Shown: piece after piece, positions 58,452 to 64,000 of the stretch
How the letters are laid out: each line of letters begins with the position of its first letter
Position numbering within the stretch: position 1 is the stretch's first letter
DNA from: Alphaproteobacteria bacterium MarineAlpha12_Bin1
GTDB taxonomy: Bacteria > Pseudomonadota > Alphaproteobacteria > UBA6615
Assembly (NCBI GenBank): GCA_002937505.1
Contig: PTJY01000004.1
Span: 125,186 to 189,185 of the forward strand
Length of the DNA stretch: 64,000 nucleotides
Reading direction: 5' to 3'
Notes under the pieces: generated by a model
What the model saw: only the letters and a program-made list of their open reading frames with translations
The model's database searches: none
What the model was told of the DNA's origin: nothing
Made by a program: the position numbers and the translations under genes

Positions 58452-60041
58452 TTAATTGAATTTGGGAAATGTAAGAGAGTTATTAATGTTGATTTGGTCT
58501 AATAAGTTAACCTCCCAGTCAAGGTACTCTGTCATTAGTTTTTTCGTGTCCTCAGAATGATCATAGGGTTTGTACTGAACATCAATGGTGTCACACAAAA
58601 ACTGAGGATTTTTCGTTTCAGTTATATATTTATTTTCTTTCCATTCATTTGTTCCGCCCTTTAAAAAAAAGATCTCTTTATCTGGTTGGTTATTTTCTAT
58701 ATCTCTTGTAGCTAAGGAGGCTAAAACCCCATCGTGAGAGGTGATTACAACTTTATTATATTTAACTATTTTACTAATTTCTTTTTTTAATGATGATCGT
58801 AATGACCAATAGGAACCTGGTATATGTCCTTCTCGATACTTAAGGCTGGTGTCAATATCGATAAGAAAGCATTGATTGTTTTTCAGTAAGGATTTTAATT
58901 CTCCAGGAGATATCGATCTTGAAGAAGGTTCACCATAGATTTTTGGTTTAAAGGGAGCTGTGGTTAAATCAGGATTTTTCGTAATTCCGTTTTTTAGAAC
59001 ATAAACATTAGTCCACCCCATCTGTATTAACCAGGACGCTGTCATTATAGAGCGAGTTTCTGTGTCATCGACTAAAACGATTTTTGAGTTTCTTACTCCA
59101 ATATATTTATCAGTGGCTTGTACTAGTTGTCCTCCTGGGGCATTACGTGATCCTCTTATATGAGCCCGTAAATACTCTTCAGGGCTTCGAATGTCGAAAA
59201 AAAATAAATTCGAATACTTTTCAGCTCTCTGCATATTTAAAAACGAATCATAATCTAAAAATTCGACTTTATATTTTTGAACTAATTTTTCGACTAATTC
59301 TCTTAATCTTTGTTTTTGTTTTGTCGAAGAATTCTGAGCGTACATGGTGGCGCCTTTTTCTAATTGATACCCTGAAAGGTGCCATCCCATAGTACCATTT
59401 TCTAAAGCATATATAGGATTTGGTAATCCTATATTAATTAAAGATTGAGCTCCTATTATGCTCCTGGTTCTTCCTGCGCAATTGACAATAATCTGTGTAT
59501 TTGGATTGGTTATTAAACTAGGGGCACGGTTTACAAGTTCTACGCCTGGCGCATCAATCGCACCTGGTATAGACATTCGTTGATACTCATCAAAAGGACG
59601 TGCGTCAAATATTAGAATATCCTTCTCATCTTCTATAAGTTTTTTTAATTCTTGGGCTTTTAATGAGGGAGTTTTATATGTCTTTTCAACATATTCTCCG
59701 AATGCTTTAGATGGGACGTTTACTCCGCTATAAGTTTCGTTCCCTGTTTTTTTCCATTCTTCTAATCCACCTTTTAATATCTCTACATTTCTGTAGTTCC
59801 ACTTATTTAGTAGTTTTTTAGCCAATTGAGGGATAGCTTCATCACATTGATCCATCAATATTATTTGTGTTTGCTTATTTGGAACTAAACCATCAATTCT
59901 TAGTTCTAGTTGAGTAAAAGGCAAAGAGGTAGCCAGCAATATGTGTTCTTTTCCAAATTCGCCTTCTTCTCTTAGATCGATTAGAGACATTTCTTTCAGG
60001 CTGTTTAAAAGATTTTTTAGCTTAACAGGTGTAAACATCAA
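58452..60041 (-). CDS. Multi-rhodanese-domain sulfurtransferase-like protein
   Basis: Four rhodanese-like repeats. Only one carries a candidate catalytic Cys loop (VNCAGRTRS). The others lack Cys. Confidence 0.65.
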   Translation of the reverse strand: MMFTPVKLKNLLNSLKEMSLIDLREEGEFGKEHILLATSLPFTQLELRIDGLVPNKQTQIILMDQCDEAIPQLAKKLLNKWNYRNVEILKGGLEEWKKTGNETYSGVNVPSKAFGEYVEKTYKTPSLKAQELKKLIEDEKDILIFDARPFDEYQRMSIPGAIDAPGVELVNRAPSLITNPNTQIIVNCAGRTRSIIGAQSLINIGLPNPIYALENGTMGWHLSGYQLEKGATMYAQNSSTKQKQRLRELVEKLVQKYKVEFLDYDSFLNMQRAEKYSNLFFFDIRSPEEYLRAHIRGSRNAPGGQLVQATDKYIGVRNSKIVLVDDTETRSIMTASWLIQMGWTNVYVLKNGITKNPDLTTAPFKPKIYGEPSSRSISPGELKSLLKNNQCFLIDIDTSLKYREGHIPGSYWSLRSSLKKEISKIVKYNKVVITSHDGVLASLATRDIENNQPDKEIFFLKGGTNEWKENKYITETKNPQFLCDTIDVQYKPYDHSEDTKKLMTEYLDWEVNLLDQININNSLTFPKFN

Positions 60042-60463
60042 TTTCGAAGTGAATAGTTTGAGAAAATAGAATAAGAGTTATCTCTTATGATTTTATTCAA
60101 AAAAGCCCCAAAAAAACTTTCAGATTTGCGACGTAAATTCATGGCAGACTTATAAATCACACTATATAACTATAAGAAAAGAAATGTTTTTAATAAATTA
60201 CATTAAGTAAAAATAGTCGAAACTCTATTTTGCCTACCTTTAACATACTATAAGTTGAGATCTTGTACATTTGTTGAATGTTTAGGATAGGATCATTAAG
60301 GCTTACTTTTATAGTTTTACGTGTAAAATAATTATTTTAAAGCTGTTAAATAAAACTGAGATTAATATAATTGGAATTTTTGTTTATCGATACTTAGATA
60401 TTAAAAAATGTTTGTTATTACCACTAAAAATGTAGAAAGCCTCTTATTTTATAGAGTACAAAA

Positions 60464-60817
60464 ATGTTAACAAGAATACATTTACAGAAAAATCAAAAAG
60501 TAGGTGGTTCTCCAGATGAAAATGAACAGACTGGGGTAGCAACAAAGACGCGTTCAAAAACGAAAAAGCCTGCGATGTATAAAGTGTTATTATTAAACGA
60601 TGATTATACTCCAATGGAGTTTGTCGTTGATATTTTAGAGAGATTTTTTCGTAAAAGTGGAGAAGAAGCCGTCAAAATTATGCTACATGTGCATCAAAAG
60701 GGCGTAGGAGTATGTGGTGTTTATACTTATGAAGTTGCTGAAACTAAAGTGACGCAGGTCGTTGACTATGCAAGAAAGAATCAGCACCCTTTGCAATGCA
60801 CATTGGAAAAAGATTAA
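60464..60817 (+). CDS. clpS: ATP-dependent Clp protease adaptor ClpS
   Basis: Core [21 protein letters not shown]...[10 protein letters not shown] nearly colinear with E. coli ClpS. ~35-aa basic N-terminal extension. The internal ATG at 60575 (MYKV) is an alternative start. Confidence 0.85.
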   Translation: MLTRIHLQKNQKVGGSPDENEQTGVATKTRSKTKKPAMYKVLLLNDDYTPMEFVVDILERFFRKSGEEAVKIMLHVHQKGVGVCGVYTYEVAETKVTQVVDYARKNQHPLQCTLEKD

Positions 60818-60874
60818 TTTAGGTGTCTATTTGAGTTTATTTTTTTATCTAGCTTTTAAAGGTTTGATCCTAAG

Positions 60875-63199
60875 ATGTTATCAAGTAATTTAGAACAGTC
60901 ACTACATAGAGCTCTAGGACTAGCTAATGAACGTCATCATGAATATGCAACTCTTGAACATTTGCTACTTTCCCTAACCGATGATCAAGATGCAGTTGCG
61001 GTTTTAAAGGCGTGCGGAGTAGATATAGATGGGTTAAGAAGAAATCTCTCGAACTATATTGACGAGGAATTATCTAGCTTAATCACGAATAGAACAGACG
61101 ATGCTAAACCGACGGCTGGTTTCCAAAGAGTTCTTCAAAGAGCCGCTATACATGTGCAGTCTTCAGGAAGAGAAGAGGTGACTGGTGCTAATGTTTTAGT
61201 AGCTGTGTTTTCCGAACGTGAAAGTAATGCTGTCTATTTTCTTCAACAACAAGAAATGACCAGGCTTGATGCTGTTAACTATATATCACACGGTATAGCT
61301 AAAGTCCCTGGTCATGATGACGGTAGTGTTGTCTCAGGGTTGGAGGATCAGGAGGACGGAGAATATACCGTTAAGAAAGGTAAAGAAGCATTAAGTGCTT
61401 ATTGTATTGACCTAAATCAAAAAGCTAAAGAAGGATTTATTGATCCCTTGATTGGTCGGGAACATGAGGTTGATAGAACCATTCAGATATTAGCGCGAAG
61501 ACAAAAAAACAATCCTCTTTATGTAGGAGAGCCCGGAGTTGGCAAGACCGCTATTGCAGAAGGATTGGCAAAAAGAATAGTTGAAGGGGATGTTCCAGAA
61601 GTTTTGATTGATGCGAATATATATACACTTGATATGGGCTCATTACTTGCAGGGACCCGTTATAGAGGTGACTTCGAAGAACGCATGAAGGCAGTAATGA
61701 CTGAAATATCTTCCATTGATGGTGCCATTTTGTTTATTGATGAGATTCATACAATAATTGGTGCTGGCGCAACATCGGGTGGGGCAATGGATGCATCTAA
61801 TTTGTTAAAACCTGCACTAGCTGGCGGAAAACTAAGATGTATTGGCTCAACAACATATAAAGAGTATAGAAACTACTTTGAAAAAGATCGCGCTCTCACT
61901 AGACGATTTCAAAAAATAGATGTGAACGAGCCCTCTGTAGAAGATGCAATTAAAATTCTGCGTGGATTAAAATCTTATTATGAAGAACACCATGATATCA
62001 GATATACAGATCAATCAATTAGATCTGCAGTTGAACTAGCATCACGACACATTAGTGAGAGAAAACTGCCTGATAGTGCAATTGACGTAATTGATGAGGT
62101 CGGTGCTGCTCAATCACTACTTGCTCCATCAAAAAGAAAAAAAACAGTAGGTGTCAAGGATATTGAATCTGTTATCTCAAAAATTGCCCGTATTCCTCCC
62201 AAAACTGTCAGTCGTGACGATTTAACAATATTACAAAACCTTAAACGAGATCTTAAGAGGATGGTGTTTGGTCAAGATAATGCGATTGACGAATTGTCTA
62301 GCGCTATTAAGTTATCTAGAGCAGGGTTACGTGATAAAGAAAAGCCTATAGGCAGTTATTTGTTTTCTGGCCCAACAGGAGTTGGAAAAACTGAGGTAGC
62401 AAGACAACTAGCAATGGTGCTAGGAGTTGAGCTTACACGTTTTGATATGTCTGAATACATGGAACGTCATTCTGTTTCCCGACTTATAGGCGCTCCTCCT
62501 GGATATGTTGGTTTTGATCAGGGGGGATTACTTACTGATTCTATAGACCAGCATCCACATAGCGTCGTTTTGCTTGACGAGATAGAAAAGGCACATCCGG
62601 ACTTATTCAATATATTGTTACAAGTAATGGATCATGGAAAGATTACTGACCACAATGGAAAAACTGTAGATTGTAGGAATATTATTTTGATTATGACTAC
62701 AAATGCTGGAGCAGCAGACCTTGCTAAACCCATGATGGGATTTGGTAACAGCAAGAGAGAAGGGGATGACGAGGAAGCTATTAACAGAATGTTTTCTCCT
62801 GAGTTTCGTAACCGACTTGATGCAACAATAGGATTTAAAAATTTAAGTCCTGTTATTATGAATAAAGTTGTAGGTAAATTTATAATGGAGTTGGAAGCTC
62901 AATTAAGTGATAGGGATGTCTCGATCGAGCTAGATGAGGAGTCTTGTCGATGGTTGGCTATGAAAGGTTATGATGACCAGTTTGGAGCCCGCCCGTTGGC
63001 GAGAGTAATACAAGATCAAATTAAGAAGCCTTTGGCAGAGGAGCTTCTTTTTGGAAAGATATCAAAGGGGGGAACAGTAAAAGTTACTATAAAAGATGGA
63101 GGGTTAAAATTTAAACTAACTCAAAGCAGACCAAAAAAGATATCGAACTCCTCAAGCAAGAAACCTCGAATAAAAAAACCAGAACTGGTAAAAAAATAA
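60875..63199 (+). CDS. clpA: ATP-dependent Clp protease ATP-binding subunit ClpA
   Basis: N-domain repeats, two AAA+ modules (Walker A GEPGVGKT and GPTGVGKT), IGF-like loop region, 774 aa. Directly downstream of clpS. Confidence 0.9.
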   Translation: MLSSNLEQSLHRALGLANERHHEYATLEHLLLSLTDDQDAVAVLKACGVDIDGLRRNLSNYIDEELSSLITNRTDDAKPTAGFQRVLQRAAIHVQSSGREEVTGANVLVAVFSERESNAVYFLQQQEMTRLDAVNYISHGIAKVPGHDDGSVVSGLEDQEDGEYTVKKGKEALSAYCIDLNQKAKEGFIDPLIGREHEVDRTIQILARRQKNNPLYVGEPGVGKTAIAEGLAKRIVEGDVPEVLIDANIYTLDMGSLLAGTRYRGDFEERMKAVMTEISSIDGAILFIDEIHTIIGAGATSGGAMDASNLLKPALAGGKLRCIGSTTYKEYRNYFEKDRALTRRFQKIDVNEPSVEDAIKILRGLKSYYEEHHDIRYTDQSIRSAVELASRHISERKLPDSAIDVIDEVGAAQSLLAPSKRKKTVGVKDIESVISKIARIPPKTVSRDDLTILQNLKRDLKRMVFGQDNAIDELSSAIKLSRAGLRDKEKPIGSYLFSGPTGVGKTEVARQLAMVLGVELTRFDMSEYMERHSVSRLIGAPPGYVGFDQGGLLTDSIDQHPHSVVLLDEIEKAHPDLFNILLQVMDHGKITDHNGKTVDCRNIILIMTTNAGAADLAKPMMGFGNSKREGDDEEAINRMFSPEFRNRLDATIGFKNLSPVIMNKVVGKFIMELEAQLSDRDVSIELDEESCRWLAMKGYDDQFGARPLARVIQDQIKKPLAEELLFGKISKGGTVKVTIKDGGLKFKLTQSRPKKISNSSSKKPRIKKPELVKK

Positions 63200-63203
63200 A
63201 AAA

Positions 63204-64000
63204 TCAATTCTTTGTTTTGTACGGTGAATAATCTGAGATTGCCTGGACTTCCCATTCAACCTCGCGTTTTTCTTCTAAACAGAAACGCTTTACAGCATCT
63301 TTAAATGATTCATTTGGTATATAGTGCCCGCTATAGGTTTCTACAGGTTCATAGCCCCTCTGTATTTTGTGCGGACCTTGTGTGCCAGCTTCGACAATTG
63401 AAATATTATTGTCTATAGCGAAATCTATTGCTTGGTAATAGCAGGTTTCAAAATGGAGAAATTTATATTCTTTAATACACCCCCAATTTCTACCAAATAA
63501 AGCATTTCTACTTCGCAGGTTTAGAGCACCAGCTACTGGTGTGTTATCGTATGATGCGATCATCAAAACTACTTTATCTCCAAGGTTTTTCTGGATTAAT
63601 TCAAAAAAGTCACGAGTTAGGTACGGATAACCCCATTTACGGTCGTAGGTGTCTACATAAAACTTATAAAAAGCATCCCAATGATCTGTGGTTATTTCAT
63701 CTCCAACCAATGGTTGAACTGTTAATCCTTGGTTTACAATAGAAAGCCTTTCTTTTCTTATCGTTTTTCGTTTCCTGCTGGTGAGCTCCGATAGAAAGTC
63801 ATTAAAGTTTTTATAATCACGATTATGCCAGTGAAATTGTCTTCCTAGTCGTTGAATCCATCCTGCTTTGCCCATCATTTCCCAATCGCTTTGGTTGGAA
63901 AATGTTACGTGAACTGATGATATGTTTAATTTTTCACAAATATTTTCTAATGATTTTAGAAGTACTAATTTGCCTTTGTTAGAATCTGGTCCAGAACCAG
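63204..64000 (-). CDS. FemAB/GNAT-fold N-acyltransferase-like protein (DUF482-like), 5'-truncated by window edge
   Basis: The reading frame stays open upstream of the track's ATG (63878) all the way to position 64000. The true start therefore lies outside the window. Sequence resembles BioF2-like/FemAB-type acyltransferases. Confidence 0.45.
   Translation of the reverse strand, partial: GSGPDSNKGKLVLLKSLENICEKLNISSVHVTFSNQSDWEMMGKAGWIQRLGRQFHWHNRDYKNFNDFLSELTSRKRKTIRKERLSIVNQGLTVQPLVGDEITTDHWDAFYKFYVDTYDRKWGYPYLTRDFFELIQKNLGDKVVLMIASYDNTPVAGALNLRSRNALFGRNWGCIKEYKFLHFETCYYQAIDFAIDNNISIVEAGTQGPHKIQRGYEPVETYSGHYIPNESFKDAVKRFCLEEKREVEWEVQAISDYSPYKTKN

Noticed and set aside
1-64000. CRISPR arrays, tandem repeat families, IS elements
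   Set aside because: No regularly spaced direct repeats or transposase-like ORFs seen on reading the sequence. Intergenic regions are simple AT-rich spacers.

Overview
This window is a 64 kb, AT-rich (roughly mid-30s % GC by eye), gene-dense bacterial chromosomal segment. Alphaproteobacterial-type context is suggested by dapA-smpB adjacency, clpS-clpA, a DacC-like carboxypeptidase with a SPOR domain, DUF1489/DUF1330 proteins and TctCBA. I found no integrase, transposase, CRISPR array or rRNA.

Content, left to right:
- 38-3642: rhomboid protease, a tandem-DUF1330 protein, tRNA-Ser(GCU), then a secreted thermonuclease, a VOC protein and an MBL-fold hydrolase.
- 3714-7833: an acyl-CoA module (HIBADH-like dehydrogenase, crotonase, CaiB-family CoA transferase) plus NIPSNAP and SDR genes.
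- 7889-11073: an orphan CoxL-like molybdopterin subunit convergent with purU.
- 11203-16985: two divergent DapA-family + cupin modules with an alpha/beta hydrolase and an M20 peptidase.
- 17051-25744: an aromatic-type catabolic neighbourhood (class A FAD monooxygenase, aryl-CoA ligase-like enzyme, TPP enzyme, NADPH:FMN reductase, two-domain extradiol dioxygenase, flavin reductase), with a gamma-proteobacterial-like glnS sitting in the middle of it.
- 25896-27179: a Co-type nitrile hydratase in which the beta subunit is cleanly split into two translationally coupled genes, followed by an alpha subunit with a His-rich N-terminal extension. No amidase or activator is adjacent. This three-gene thiocyanate-hydrolase/ToyJKL-like layout is the most interesting system in the window.
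- 27376-30481: M23 peptidase, threonine-dehydratase-like PLP enzyme, L-2-haloacid dehalogenase-like HAD.
- 30723-32097: dapA and smpB.
- 32199-43108: an expanded leucine/isoprenoid (liu/atu-like) catabolic cluster: isovaleryl-CoA dehydrogenase, SDR, a second ACAD, DsbA-like isomerase, PLP dehydratase, MCC beta, methylglutaconyl-CoA hydratase, MCC alpha (TTG start), AhpD-like protein, HMG-CoA lyase.
- 43228-50866: two hypotheticals, a Gfo/Idh/MocA oxidoreductase, the TctCBA transporter, DUF336, PanE-like reductase and a 2OG-Fe(II) oxygenase.
- 51125-52577: a conspicuous VWA-domain protein coupled to a membrane-anchored J-domain protein.
- 52691-56288: galU, ugd and a phosphomannomutase.
- 56364-56631: a 30-codon ORF behind a near-perfect anti-SD complement, with a terminator downstream.
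- 56646-64000: MaoC dehydratase, DacC-SPOR, a multi-rhodanese protein, clpS-clpA and a 5'-truncated FemAB/DUF482-like gene at the window edge.

All functional calls come from motif recognition and remembered homologues. No searches were run.
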